Source of the DNA: Dehalococcoidia bacterium
Lineage (GTDB): Bacteria > Chloroflexota > Dehalococcoidia > GIF9 > AB-539-J10
Assembly: GCA_030606165.1 (NCBI GenBank)
Contig: JAUWGZ010000001.1
Location: forward strand, 1 to 43,918
Direction: 5' to 3'
DNA: 43,918 nucleotides
The translations under genes were made by a program, and so were the position numbers. The stretch's first letter is position 1. Each line of letters begins with the position of its first letter. The notes beneath the pieces were generated by a model. That model worked only from the letters and a program-made list of their open reading frames with translations, did not search any database and had not been told where the DNA came from. Below, piece by piece: positions 17,389-26,301 of the stretch.

Positions 17389-18381
17389 ATGGCAAATATT
17401 TCTCTATTGCAAGGGATTGAGCTTGTCACGAAAGGAATACACAGCTATATAACTAAGCGCCCCATAGTAGTTTCTTACGAGGTAACGCTTTCTTGTAACT
17501 GTAATTGCCGTCACTGTGACCTTGGGGGATTTATAAAGGATGAAAAGCAAATTAAGCCAGAGGAGTATGGAGACTTAACTCAACGCCTGAAGCCGCTCGC
17601 AGCGCAAATTTCTGGTGGTGAACCACTTCTACGTAAGGATATAGCAGCCATAGTCAGGGCTATCAAGCAAGCTGGGGTGAAATACACGATACTTGTTACC
17701 AACGGGGTGCTACTGAATGAGAGCAATTATCTGCAATTACGTGAAGCAGGGGTGGATCAATTTTCCGTATCACTTGATTTCCCTGATGAGCGGCATGACG
17801 AATTTCGGCGACGGCCGGGTCTCTATAGACGTTTGGAGCAAAGTCTTCCCCGGCTAGCAAAGCTTGGGTTTCGGGATATTATCTTGAACACAGCTATAAC
17901 TAAAGCCAATCTGAAGGAAATCTTGCCTTTGGCAAAAAAGGCTTCTGAGTGGGGTGTAGACATATCTTATAGTGCATATACTGCACTGCGAACAGGGAAT
18001 GAGGACTATTGTCTCGACAGTGAAGATGATTTAGGAATTTTACGCCAGACCATTAACGAATTAATAATGTTAAAAAAGCAGGGTACTCATCTAGCTAACC
18101 CAGAACTCACGCTCCGAGATACTTTAAAATTCTTTGAACAAGGATATATGCCAAATTGTAAGGCAGGCATAAGATTTCTTGTTGTAATGCCTGACGGGGG
18201 CCTAGTTCCCTGTTCACTGCACCGCACTAAATACGCTACCCGCAAAGAAATGGTAGAAAAATTTTCCCGAACTAACCGGTGTGGTAATTGTTACGTCGCT
18301 ATAAGGTCATACAGTGAGATGTCATTTTTTAGTCACGTGAAAAATCTCCCTAAGTACATACAGCAAATGGTTTTTCACTGA
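17389..18381 (+). CDS. Radical SAM protein with C-terminal auxiliary Cys motif (SPASM/twitch-like)
   Basis: The CNCRHC stretch contains a CxxxCxxC triad, followed by GGEPLL. The C-terminal CKAG..VMPDGGLVPC...CGNC resembles a partial SPASM motif. Confidence 0.85.
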   Translation: MANISLLQGIELVTKGIHSYITKRPIVVSYEVTLSCNCNCRHCDLGGFIKDEKQIKPEEYGDLTQRLKPLAAQISGGEPLLRKDIAAIVRAIKQAGVKYTILVTNGVLLNESNYLQLREAGVDQFSVSLDFPDERHDEFRRRPGLYRRLEQSLPRLAKLGFRDIILNTAITKANLKEILPLAKKASEWGVDISYSAYTALRTGNEDYCLDSEDDLGILRQTINELIMLKKQGTHLANPELTLRDTLKFFEQGYMPNCKAGIRFLVVMPDGGLVPCSLHRTKYATRKEMVEKFSRTNRCGNCYVAIRSYSEMSFFSHVKNLPKYIQQMVFH

Positions 18382-18395
18382 AAGATATTGATTAA

Positions 18396-18480
18396 CCGCT
18401 CGTGGTGAGCTTGTTGAACCACGAGCGGCATTCAAGATCAGATTAGCTCGCCCTTCGACAAGCTCGGGGCGAACGAGTCA
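18396..18480. repeat. REP-like element between convergent genes; the 11-bp perfect hairpin may act as a bidirectional terminator
   Basis: CCGCTCGTGGT (18396-18406) pairs with ACCACGAGCGG (18418-18428) over an 11-nt loop. It is followed by CCTTCGACAAGCTCGGGGC (18452-18470), which shares the CGACAAG..TCGGGGC core with the element at 83-100. Confidence 0.5.
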
Positions 18481-18522
18481 CTAAACGAGCACCTTCCGCT
18501 GAAGTGTTTGATAGGCTTTATC

Positions 18523-18789
18523 CTAAGTGGCGGCCGGAGTCTCACCGGGGTGTAGCTTGCGCCACTTGTTCAACAGTTGTTCCTTTGTTTCCTTGTGATC
18601 GGGGTCAGGAATGCAACATTCTACAGGGCAAACCTCAACACACTTCTGTGTCTCGAACCAGCCGACACACTCAGTGCATTTATCGGGGTCAATAACATAA
18701 ATTTCCTCTCCCTCAGTTATGGCCTCATTTTTACATTCTGGTTCGCAGGCACCGCAACTAATGCACTCATCAGTAATTTTGTATGCCAT
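18523..18789 (-). CDS. YfhL-type 2x[4Fe-4S] ferredoxin (88 aa), paralog 1
   Basis: [11 protein letters not shown] plus CTECVGWFETQKCVEVCP cluster motifs. It has a close paralog at 43388..43654. Confidence 0.9.
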   Translation of the reverse strand: MAYKITDECISCGACEPECKNEAITEGEEIYVIDPDKCTECVGWFETQKCVEVCPVECCIPDPDHKETKEQLLNKWRKLHPGETPAAT

Positions 18790-18796
18790 CTTTCTA

Positions 18797-19336
18797 TCAC
18801 CTCCTTAATTTTTGGTTTTTAATTTTAATTTTGCCTTTACCAGTGGCAAGCTTAGTAGGCATGGGAAACCTTTCTTTTAGAGCTACAGCTACGTGCTCGG
18901 GGACCATGCCTTCAAGACAACCTCCTAACTCAGCTACTTCCTTAATCAGGGTTGAGCTAAGAAATTGATATTGAGAGCTCGTCATCAAGCAAATTACCTC
19001 GATATCTGGTGCCAGATTTCTGTTCATCAGCGCCATATCAAATTCCCGTTCGAAGTCAGAACCTGCTCTCAAACCGCGGACCATAACCTTTCCTCCTACT
19101 TGGTGTATGAAATCCACGGCCAGCCCTTTAAAAGCTTTAACCTCGACGTTGGGCAATCTACTTACCGCCTCTTTTACTAACCTTGCCCTTTGCTCCAGAG
19201 GGAAAAGCGGCCGTTTAGCAGGATTCTCATAAATGCCAATGATTAACTTATCGACCAGGGGTAATGCTCGTTCAATAATGTCCATGTGCCCGCAGGTGAG
19301 GGGGTCAAAGGTGCCTGGATAAACTGCGACGACCAT
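18797..19336 (-). CDS. coaD: Phosphopantetheine adenylyltransferase
   Basis: VYPGTFDPLTCGHMDII signature. It carries a roughly 20-aa Lys-rich C-terminal extension. Confidence 0.93.
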   Translation of the reverse strand: MVVAVYPGTFDPLTCGHMDIIERALPLVDKLIIGIYENPAKRPLFPLEQRARLVKEAVSRLPNVEVKAFKGLAVDFIHQVGGKVMVRGLRAGSDFEREFDMALMNRNLAPDIEVICLMTSSQYQFLSSTLIKEVAELGGCLEGMVPEHVAVALKERFPMPTKLATGKGKIKIKNQKLRR

Positions 19337-19338
19337 AA

Positions 19339-19887
19339 TTAAACCTCCTTTTGGTATATGAAAATAAAAGTGTCACCGTAGCGGCGTTGCTTAACAAGGT
19401 GAAGTCCATCATAGTCGGAATTTAAGGGGAAGCGGTTTGCGTGGCAAAGTACGATTGTAGAGTTTTCTCCGAGCAAATTTGACTTAGCTAGATTTATGAG
19501 TAAATTATTTGTGGAAGGGTCAGAGTAAGGTGGGTCTATGAAGATAATGTCATAACTACTGTTAAGGAAGGCAAGTGCTTTGTTCACACTACAGCAGTAA
19601 ATATGAGCTTGCTGTAGTTCTCCTATTTTTTCCAGGTTGGTTCTGATAAGGACACAGCAACTTTTTCTGTTGTCAACAAAATCGACCCATTCTGCCCCGC
19701 GGCTTAGAGCTTCAATACCCAGAGCACCGCTGCCGGCGTATAAATCAAGAACCTGACGCCAATTGGTAGGTCTGTTTTCCAAAAGAGAAAATATAGCTTG
19801 CCTTACCATACTGGTCGTGGGTCTAATGGAACGCCTCGGTGGAGTTTTTAACCGAGTTCCCTTTACTTTACCGCCAGTGACCTGCAT
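19339..19887 (-). CDS. rsmD: 16S rRNA (guanine966-N2)-methyltransferase
   Basis: LDLYAGSGALGIEALSRGA and IFIDPPY motifs, plus the conserved rsmD-coaD adjacency. Confidence 0.88.
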   Translation of the reverse strand: MQVTGGKVKGTRLKTPPRRSIRPTTSMVRQAIFSLLENRPTNWRQVLDLYAGSGALGIEALSRGAEWVDFVDNRKSCCVLIRTNLEKIGELQQAHIYCCSVNKALAFLNSSYDIIFIDPPYSDPSTNNLLINLAKSNLLGENSTIVLCHANRFPLNSDYDGLHLVKQRRYGDTFIFIYQKEV

Positions 19888-19918
19888 TTATATTAAACTT
19901 CAATAATAATTCTGTGGT

Positions 19919-19948
19919 ATTATATTATCATTCTACCACTTAGTTCAA
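19919..19948 (-). promoter_or_regulatory. Putative sigma70 promoter for rsmD-coaD-ferredoxin
   Basis: On the minus strand: TTGAAC (complement of 19943-19948), 18-nt spacer, TATAAT (complement of 19919-19924). This is 32 nt upstream of the ATG at 19887. Confidence 0.4.
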
Positions 19949-19962
19949 GTAAGGTGGGCTTG

Positions 19963-19991
19963 TTGACGGGAAGGGTAGTATGCTCTATACT
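19963..19991 (+). promoter_or_regulatory. Putative sigma70 promoter for clpC
   Basis: TTGACG (19963-19968), exact 17-nt spacer, TATACT (19986-19991). This is 28 nt upstream of the ATG at 20019. Confidence 0.5.
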
Positions 19992-20018
19992 TTGGATTAA
20001 AACTGCGATGGGGTTGAA

Positions 20019-22484
20019 ATGAGCACGGGATTTGAAAGATTTTCTGAAGGAGCTCGTAGGGTGCTGACTCGGGCTCAAGGAGAGGCACAACGCCTAGGCC
20101 ACAGTTACATCGATACTGAGCACATATTATTAGGGATAGCAGGGGAAGAGTCAGGGATTGCAGCTAAAGTTTTGAGTAATTTGGGTATCTCGATGGGTAA
20201 GATACAGGCGGCTGTAGAATTTGTAATTGGGAAGGGAGAGCGTCGAGCTACCAGTGGGGATGTTGACCTTGCTCCTCGAGCAAAAAGGGCCATCGAGTTT
20301 GCTGTGGATGAAGCACGTCGTCTTAATTCTAGCTATATAGGTGTTGAGCACCTTTTGCTTGGATTAATGCGTGAAAGCGAAGGGGTAGCTTTTAGTGTTT
20401 TAGAGAGTTTTGGTATTACCTTGGAGCGAACACGTGATGAGGTCAGTCGAGTTGTTAGGCAAGAAACTGTGCGAGCTCGTACCACAGGTCGCGTTGCCTC
20501 ACGTACACCGACCTTGGATCAACTTGGGACCGATTTAACTGCCCTAGCCCGGGCGGATAAACTTGACCCTACTATTGGGCGTCACAAGGAGATTGAACGA
20601 ATAGTTCAAATACTAAGTCGTCGTACTAAAAATAATCCTGCGCTTATAGGTGAAGCAGGTGTAGGCAAAACAGCTATTGTTGAAGGGTTAGCCCAGCGCA
20701 TAATAACTGGGGAGGTTCCTGAGGTATTACAGGGCAAGAGAATAGTCGCATTAGATATAGGTGCTCTCGTGGCGGGAACAAAATACCGTGGTGAGTTTGA
20801 GGAAAGGCTGAAGAAGGTTATTGAGGAAGAGAAAACTGCCGGTAATTGCATCTTATTTATTGATGAAATGCAGACTATTGTGGGTGCTGGAGCAGCTGAA
20901 GGTGCGGTTGACGCCTCTAACCTCCTGAAGCCTTCGTTGTCGCGTGGCGAGGTTCAATGTATTGGTGCCACTACTTTGGACGACTACCGCAAGTATGTGG
21001 AGAAAGACCCAGCTTTGGAGCGACGGTTTCAACCTGTCTTGGTGGCCGAACCTACTATGGAAGAAACCTTGGAAATATTGCGGGGCATTAAACACAGATA
21101 TGAAGAATTTCACCAATTGGATATAAGCGACGAAGCCTTGCAGACAGCGGCTACGCTGGCTACCAGATATATAGCGGATCGCTTTTTGCCCGATAAAGCT
21201 ATTGATTTGGTAGATGAAGCTAGCTCTCGAGTACGCATTAAACGGGGTAGTGCCCCCATTGGCTTAACTGAGGCAAGGCAGGCTTTGGAAAGTGTACGCA
21301 AGGAAAAAGAATCGGCTGTCGCCACTCAACAATATGAGTATTCTAGCGAGTTGCGTGATCGTGAGCTTCAACTAACGGAGAAAATCGAGGCCATGAAGAA
21401 GGAGTGGAAAGTTAAACAGGAAGAAGGCCGACCTGTAGTTACCTCAGAGGATATTGCCGAGGTAGCCAGTATGTGGACGGGCATACCTGTGGTAAAGTTG
21501 ACTATCGATGAAACCAGCCGCCTTCTACAAATGGAGGAGGCTCTACATCGCCGTATCATTGGCCAGGATGAGGCCATAAATACCGTGGCTAAGGCGGTAA
21601 GGAGGGCTCGAGCTGGGTTAAAAGACCCGAGGCGTCCCATTGGTGTCTTCATCTTTTTGGGCCCCACCGGAGTGGGTAAAACTGAATTGGTACGGGCTTT
21701 GGCCGAGTTTATGTTTGGTAGCGAAGATGCTTTGGTCAGGCTTGACATGTCGGAGTTTATGGAGCCTCACAATGTAGCTCGCTTGGTTGGAGCACCACCA
21801 GGTTATATTGGTTATGAGGAAGGTGGTCAATTAACCGAGGCAGTAAGGCGGAAGTCCTATTGTGTTATTCTTCTCGATGAGATTGAAAAGGCGCATTACA
21901 ATGTATTCAATATCCTGCTCCAGATTTTCGATGATGGTCATTTGACCGATGCCAAAGGGCGAAGAGTTGATTTTCGTAATAGCATCATAGTCATGACCAG
22001 CAATGTTGGTGGCGAGCTTATTAAGCGTCATATGACCATTGGTTTTGCTGCTCATATCGATGGCGAACGAAAACAGCAGACAGAGTATGAGAAAATGAAA
22101 GAGAATGTTCTGGGGGAGGTGAAGAAAGATCAAAGATTCCGGCCCGAGTTTCTTAACCGCATTGATGCCCAAGTCGTGTTCCATGCTTTAAGCGAGGAGC
22201 ATATCCGCCAGATTGTGGACCTGATGCTTAACCAGGTTATTGCTTCCCTCAAAGAGAAGAATGTCACTTTGGAAATAACTGATGGAGCCAGGGATTTTCT
22301 AGGCAAGAAGGGTTATGACCCTGATTTTGGAGCCCGCCCCTTGCGTCGCACTATCCAGAATTTGGTTGAGGATCAGCTCTCCGAAGCTTTGCTGCGCGGT
22401 GAATTCCTGTCTGGAGACACGGTGGTTGTGGATTGCGTCAAGGATGAGATTGTAATGAAACCATTGGTTAAGGAGACTACGTAA
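20019..22484 (+). CDS. clpC: ATP-dependent Clp protease ATP-binding subunit ClpC
   Basis: Two Clp_N repeats, Walker A motifs GEAGVGKT and GPTGVGKT, a UVR-like middle motif, 821 aa. Confidence 0.95.
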   Translation: MSTGFERFSEGARRVLTRAQGEAQRLGHSYIDTEHILLGIAGEESGIAAKVLSNLGISMGKIQAAVEFVIGKGERRATSGDVDLAPRAKRAIEFAVDEARRLNSSYIGVEHLLLGLMRESEGVAFSVLESFGITLERTRDEVSRVVRQETVRARTTGRVASRTPTLDQLGTDLTALARADKLDPTIGRHKEIERIVQILSRRTKNNPALIGEAGVGKTAIVEGLAQRIITGEVPEVLQGKRIVALDIGALVAGTKYRGEFEERLKKVIEEEKTAGNCILFIDEMQTIVGAGAAEGAVDASNLLKPSLSRGEVQCIGATTLDDYRKYVEKDPALERRFQPVLVAEPTMEETLEILRGIKHRYEEFHQLDISDEALQTAATLATRYIADRFLPDKAIDLVDEASSRVRIKRGSAPIGLTEARQALESVRKEKESAVATQQYEYSSELRDRELQLTEKIEAMKKEWKVKQEEGRPVVTSEDIAEVASMWTGIPVVKLTIDETSRLLQMEEALHRRIIGQDEAINTVAKAVRRARAGLKDPRRPIGVFIFLGPTGVGKTELVRALAEFMFGSEDALVRLDMSEFMEPHNVARLVGAPPGYIGYEEGGQLTEAVRRKSYCVILLDEIEKAHYNVFNILLQIFDDGHLTDAKGRRVDFRNSIIVMTSNVGGELIKRHMTIGFAAHIDGERKQQTEYEKMKENVLGEVKKDQRFRPEFLNRIDAQVVFHALSEEHIRQIVDLMLNQVIASLKEKNVTLEITDGARDFLGKKGYDPDFGARPLRRTIQNLVEDQLSEALLRGEFLSGDTVVVDCVKDEIVMKPLVKETT

Positions 22485-22486
22485 AT

Positions 22487-22708
22487 ATGGCTCAAGAAGT
22501 AATCGAAGCGCCGCTACCTGGAAAAGTAGTACGTGTTGAGGTAACCGTGGGTAATACAGTTGAGGAAGGTGGGGTGATTTGCATCATAGAAGCTATGAAG
22601 ATGGAAAACCCTATAATATCTCCAGTAAAAGCCTCAATTATAGAGGTGACAGTTTCACCAGGGCAGGTAGTTAGGACCGGGGAAAAGATAGCCGTTATCG
22701 AGTATTAG
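22487..22708 (+). CDS. Stand-alone biotinyl/lipoyl carrier domain protein (73 aa)
   Basis: The EAMKMEN biotinylation motif sits within a single hammerhead-domain-sized ORF. It starts 2 nt after the clpC stop. Confidence 0.8.
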   Translation: MAQEVIEAPLPGKVVRVEVTVGNTVEEGGVICIIEAMKMENPIISPVKASIIEVTVSPGQVVRTGEKIAVIEY

Positions 22709-22726
22709 GTATCTTGGCCAGGGGAC

Positions 22727-24139
22727 TTGAAATCTAACGAGCGGGGCAAATCCAAATTCAAGAATGTTTTCGTTTGTCAGCAATGCGGCAAAGAAAGTCT
22801 CAAATGGTTAGGACGCTGCCCTGATTGCCAGGCGTGGAATAGCTTCGTAGAAACTAGGGTCACTTTATCCCGCGCTCCCAGCCAGCTTTCCTCTAGAGGA
22901 AATAGGCCCCAGGAACTTTCCCAAGTAGAGAAGGGTGACTTTCCTCGCTTTCACCTTGGTTTTGCTGAAGTGAATCGAGTTCTGGGAGGTGGTTTAGTAC
23001 CAGGCTCTCTGGTGCTTGTTGGTGGCGAGCCGGGAATAGGTAAGTCTACGCTTTTACTCCAAATTTCGGCGATGATGGCTGAGAATAATAAAGTTGTCGC
23101 CTATGTCTCCGGTGAAGAATCTATTAATCAGGTTAAACTTAGAAGTGAGCGCCTCGGTATAGGGGGCAAGGGGATATACTTTCTCTCTGAGCCCGATTTA
23201 GCTGCCGTATTAGAATGCTTGGAAGGACTTTCTCCTGGATTAGCGATTATCGATTCCATTCAGACTATGTATTTAGAGGATGCAGCTGGAATGCCGGGCA
23301 GTATTTCCCAGGTGAGGGAATGTACTTGGAGGTTGGAGAGGTGGGCGAAACAGAATAATGTGCCCCTGTTAATCACTGGGCATGTGACCAAGGAAGGGGC
23401 CATCGCAGGTCCAGGAACGCTGGAACATATCGTTGATGTGGTGCTTTACTTCGAAGGCGAACCATTTAGTAGTTATCGAGTGCTACGCAGCGTAAAGAAC
23501 CGTTTCGGTTCCACTCACGAGGTGGGAATATTTGAGATGAGCGATAGGGGACTAATAGAAGTAGGTAATCCCTCTCAAGTTTTCTTATCCGCATACAAGG
23601 ATGGAACTATGGGCTCAGTGGTGGTGCCCACTCTTGAAGGGAATCGTCCTTTGTTGGTAGAGATTCAGGCTTTGACTACTCCTAATAGTTTTACTCCACC
23701 AAGGCGCATCGCTAACGGCGTTGATTTTAATCGGCTACTGTTGATAATTGCTGTGCTTACTAAGCGTGCCGGATTAAAGCTTTTCAACCAGGATATTATA
23801 GTCAACGTTACTGGTGGCTTAAGGGTCAATGAGCCAGCGGTTGATTTGGGAATTGCCTCAGCCATTGCCTCCAGTTTTCGTGATGCAAAGCCAATTTCTG
23901 GCTTGGTTGCTTTGGGAGAGGTGGGGTTGAATGGAGAGCTTAGAGGGGTATCACACGTAGAGAGAAGAATTGCTGAGGCCATCAGGTTGGGCTTTAAATC
24001 CTGCCTTATGCCCAGACTTTCCCCTATCATCGCGGGCGAAGTGAAGCAGTCCCTTCACTCTGCGGACGTTCACCTAATCGAGGTTGGCTCGGTGGCTGAA
24101 GCTCTGAGGCTGGGACTTACAAGGGGAAGTAAAATGTAA
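22727..24139 (+). CDS. radA: DNA repair protein RadA/Sms
   Basis: N-terminal zinc finger CQQCG..CPDC, Walker A GEPGIGKST, the KNRFG motif, and a Lon-like C-terminal domain. A TTG start is inferred. Confidence 0.93.
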   Translation: MKSNERGKSKFKNVFVCQQCGKESLKWLGRCPDCQAWNSFVETRVTLSRAPSQLSSRGNRPQELSQVEKGDFPRFHLGFAEVNRVLGGGLVPGSLVLVGGEPGIGKSTLLLQISAMMAENNKVVAYVSGEESINQVKLRSERLGIGGKGIYFLSEPDLAAVLECLEGLSPGLAIIDSIQTMYLEDAAGMPGSISQVRECTWRLERWAKQNNVPLLITGHVTKEGAIAGPGTLEHIVDVVLYFEGEPFSSYRVLRSVKNRFGSTHEVGIFEMSDRGLIEVGNPSQVFLSAYKDGTMGSVVVPTLEGNRPLLVEIQALTTPNSFTPPRRIANGVDFNRLLLIIAVLTKRAGLKLFNQDIIVNVTGGLRVNEPAVDLGIASAIASSFRDAKPISGLVALGEVGLNGELRGVSHVERRIAEAIRLGFKSCLMPRLSPIIAGEVKQSLHSADVHLIEVGSVAEALRLGLTRGSKM

Positions 24140-24270
24140 AATACAAAGGGCAAAAATACAGGTCAAGAATAAAAAGCTTTTTGCATTTTGATTTGTCATT
24201 TTAATTTTTTATCTTTGACTTTTTAATTTCGGGTCAAGTTTAGAAATTTTCCTCGTTGAAAAGCAAGGCA

Positions 24271-24957
24271 ATGAATAAAGGTAGTAAATTAGGCGTGGTT
24301 ATAGTCGCTGCCGGGAGTAGTCAGCGGATGGCGGGTATAAACAAGCTCTTTGCTCCTCTAAGGGGGAAACCTTTGCTGGCTTGGTCCGTGGATACTTGTC
24401 AGAGATACAGCTTGGTTCAGCAGATAGCTCTGGTATTGAACGATGAGGATCTGGCCCGGGGGCAGAAATTGAAAAAAGAGAGGGGCTGGTCTAAAGTTAC
24501 TTTATGCCTAGGTGGCGCACGGCGACAGGATTCGGTGGGGGAAGGGCTAAGACAAATAAGGGATTGTGATTTAGTTATGATTCATGATGGAGCTCGGCCT
24601 TTCTTGACTCCAGATTTGATTGAGAATGGCCTTAAGGTGGCTAGACAAGCTGGGGCTGCTGTAGCCGCAGTGCCAGTTAAAGATACTATCAAGCTTGCTG
24701 CTGATGAGAGATTGATTGGGGAAACGCTTCAGCGCGACAGGTTATGGGCAGCGCAAACCCCGCAGATATTCAGCTTTGATATGATAACCAATGCTTATGA
24801 AAACCTCGCAGCAGAGGTTACCGATGATGCCACTGTTGTGGAACTCTTGGGACACAAGGTGCATCTTTATATGGGCGATTATAAAAATATAAAGGTGACC
24901 ACAGCTGAAGATTTGGCCTTGGCAAGAATCATTGCAGGAGAATGGAAAAGGAGCTAA
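24271..24957 (+). CDS. ispD: 2-C-methyl-D-erythritol 4-phosphate cytidylyltransferase
   Basis: VIVAAGSSQRM..NKLF, GGARRQDSV and HDGARPF motifs. The ORF is open from TTG 24256. Confidence 0.9.
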   Translation: MNKGSKLGVVIVAAGSSQRMAGINKLFAPLRGKPLLAWSVDTCQRYSLVQQIALVLNDEDLARGQKLKKERGWSKVTLCLGGARRQDSVGEGLRQIRDCDLVMIHDGARPFLTPDLIENGLKVARQAGAAVAAVPVKDTIKLAADERLIGETLQRDRLWAAQTPQIFSFDMITNAYENLAAEVTDDATVVELLGHKVHLYMGDYKNIKVTTAEDLALARIIAGEWKRS

Positions 24958-25430
24958 GGGTTGGCATTGGCTGTGACAGCCATCCCCTGGTTTCGGGGCG
25001 AAGGCTAATTTTGGGGGGCGTTGATATTCCTTATGATAAAGGCTTGTCGGGCTGGAGCGATGCTGATGTGGCAACGCACGCCATAATAGATGCTTTATGC
25101 GGCGCTGCTGATTTGGGCGACATTGGCACCTTATTCCCTTCTCAGGAACCGGAATATAAAGATATTTCAAGCTTGGTTTTGTTAAGCAAAACCGGTGAAC
25201 TGCTTAAAACCAAAGGACTCAGGGTGGTCAACATTGATGTTACCATCATAGCTCAAAGCCCCAAGCTTTCCCCTTTCATCCCTGAGATGAGAAAACGCAT
25301 AGGTCAGGCCTTAGGTATAGATTCAACACAGGTGACGATCAAAGCCACCACCACCAACGGTTTGGGCTTCATCGGCAGGGGAGAAGGAATAGCTGCTCAA
25401 TCCGTAGCTTTAATCACCACCATCTCGTAA
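24942..25430 (+). CDS. ispF: 2-C-methyl-D-erythritol 2,4-cyclodiphosphate synthase
   Basis: GIGCDSHPL and SDADVATHAI motifs, 162 aa. It overlaps the ispD end by 16 nt. Confidence 0.93.
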   Translation: MEKELRVGIGCDSHPLVSGRRLILGGVDIPYDKGLSGWSDADVATHAIIDALCGAADLGDIGTLFPSQEPEYKDISSLVLLSKTGELLKTKGLRVVNIDVTIIAQSPKLSPFIPEMRKRIGQALGIDSTQVTIKATTTNGLGFIGRGEGIAAQSVALITTIS

Positions 25431-25681
25431 CTTGGCTTGCTCTCTTTCCAGGAAATTACAAATTTAACCTGCTTGCCTTCTATTAAGTGTCTTTCGCTTT
25501 GGCTGCGGAGCTTTTTAAAGTCCATTGATTCCAGGAAGGCTTTGAGCAGCTCAATTCTACCCTCAAGTTTTTTATCCTCCTGCCCACCTTCCATATATTG
25601 GTTTACTGAATTCCAGAATTCCTCCTTGGCTGTAGTTTCTATACAGTGGGAGAGGCTGGGAAAAAGCTCAACGCCATCCAT
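25397..25681 (-). CDS. Hypothetical protein (94 aa)
   Basis: Charged, helical-looking composition, unlike the opposite-strand ORF. However, there is no clear SD and it overlaps ispF convergently by 34 nt. Confidence 0.35.
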   Translation of the reverse strand: MDGVELFPSLSHCIETTAKEEFWNSVNQYMEGGQEDKKLEGRIELLKAFLESMDFKKLRSQSERHLIEGKQVKFVISWKESKPSYEMVVIKATD

Positions 25682-25694
25682 AATTTAATTTGTA

Positions 25695-25761
25695 CCACCA
25701 AGTGGTGGCTATGGTCAAAATTTGACAAATTTGACAGGATCTATTATCATTATTATTGACA
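25695..25761 (+). promoter_or_regulatory. Control region upstream of the DUF134 operon: palindrome, tandem AATTTGACA repeat and candidate promoter
   Basis: Inverted repeat CCACCA-AG-TGGTGG (25695-25708). AATTTGACA x2 in tandem (25719-25736). A third TTGACA at 25756-25761. The best promoter fit is TTGACA (25722-27), 17 nt, TATCAT (25745-50). Confidence 0.35.
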
Positions 25762-25799
25762 TATGTTCAAAATTCGTAGCGGAGATGGGGTGATTTTTA

Positions 25800-26273
25800 A
25801 TGGCTAGGCCAGAAAAGTTGCGATGTGTTGCTCAGTTGCCGAATGTAGGCTTTTTTAGGCCGGTGGGGATTCCGGCAAATGCTTTACAGGGTATTCGCCT
25901 TTCACTTGGGGAACTTGAGTCTATCCGTCTTAAGGATTTGGAGGGGCTGGAACAGGAAGAATGTGCGCAGCAAATGCATATTTCCAGGCCGACTTTCCAT
26001 CGCATATTGGGATCGGCTCGGAAAAAGCTGGCTGATGCTCTGATTAATGGCAAGGCAATCCAAATCGAAGGGGGCAACTTTGAACTCCCCCAACGTCGCT
26101 TTAGATGTGGCAACGATGGACATGAGTGGAATGTGCCTTTTGAGGCAATGGCACAGAGGCTTCCTTTGTCTTGCCCGGTGTGCTTCAGTGGGAATATCCA
26201 GCCCATACCTTTGCCTCCATTTGCTACAGGCAGAGGATATGGCAGAGGATTTCGCGGTGGCAGATGCCGGTAA
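25800..26273 (+). CDS. DUF134 (UPF0251/COG1342)-type putative DNA-binding protein with C-terminal zinc ribbon and RG-rich tail
   Basis: P-x-V-x-FFRP-x-GIP, LSLGELESIRLKDLEGLEQEECAQQMHISRPTFHRIL is the family signature as I recall it. The C-terminal CGNDGH...CPVC is followed by GRGYGRGFRGGRCR. Confidence 0.8.
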   Translation: MARPEKLRCVAQLPNVGFFRPVGIPANALQGIRLSLGELESIRLKDLEGLEQEECAQQMHISRPTFHRILGSARKKLADALINGKAIQIEGGNFELPQRRFRCGNDGHEWNVPFEAMAQRLPLSCPVCFSGNIQPIPLPPFATGRGYGRGFRGGRCR

Positions 26274-26301
26274 TAAATAAAAAAGAAAGGGGGTGATGGA
26301 G

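Noticed and set aside
24140-24255. AT-rich radA-ispD spacer with the palindrome AAAAAGCTTTTT (24171-24182) and two GGTCAAG copies (24161-67, 24232-38), considered as a CtsR operator or terminator.
   Set aside because: The CtsR box requires a tandem heptad (A/GGTCAAA-NAN-A/GGTCAAA). Here the copies are 71 nt apart and not upstream of clpC. The palindrome is all A/T with no loop, so it is a poor terminator. This is left as unexplained AT-rich spacer.
25756-25770. TTGACATATGTTCAA as a Cheo-type LexA box (GAAC-N4-GTTC).
   Set aside because: Only the GTTC half-site is present (TGAC-ATAT-GTTC). The context is not an SOS gene. The uvrB upstream region (9903-9990) also shows only a weak GAAT-N4-TTGT resemblance.
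25682-25799. A sigma54 (-24 GG / -12 GC) promoter upstream of the DUF134 operon, expected by analogy with the Desulfovibrio orp operons.
   Set aside because: No TGGCAC-N5-TTGC-like element is present. None of the GG dinucleotides in the spacer is followed by GC at the required 10-nt spacing.
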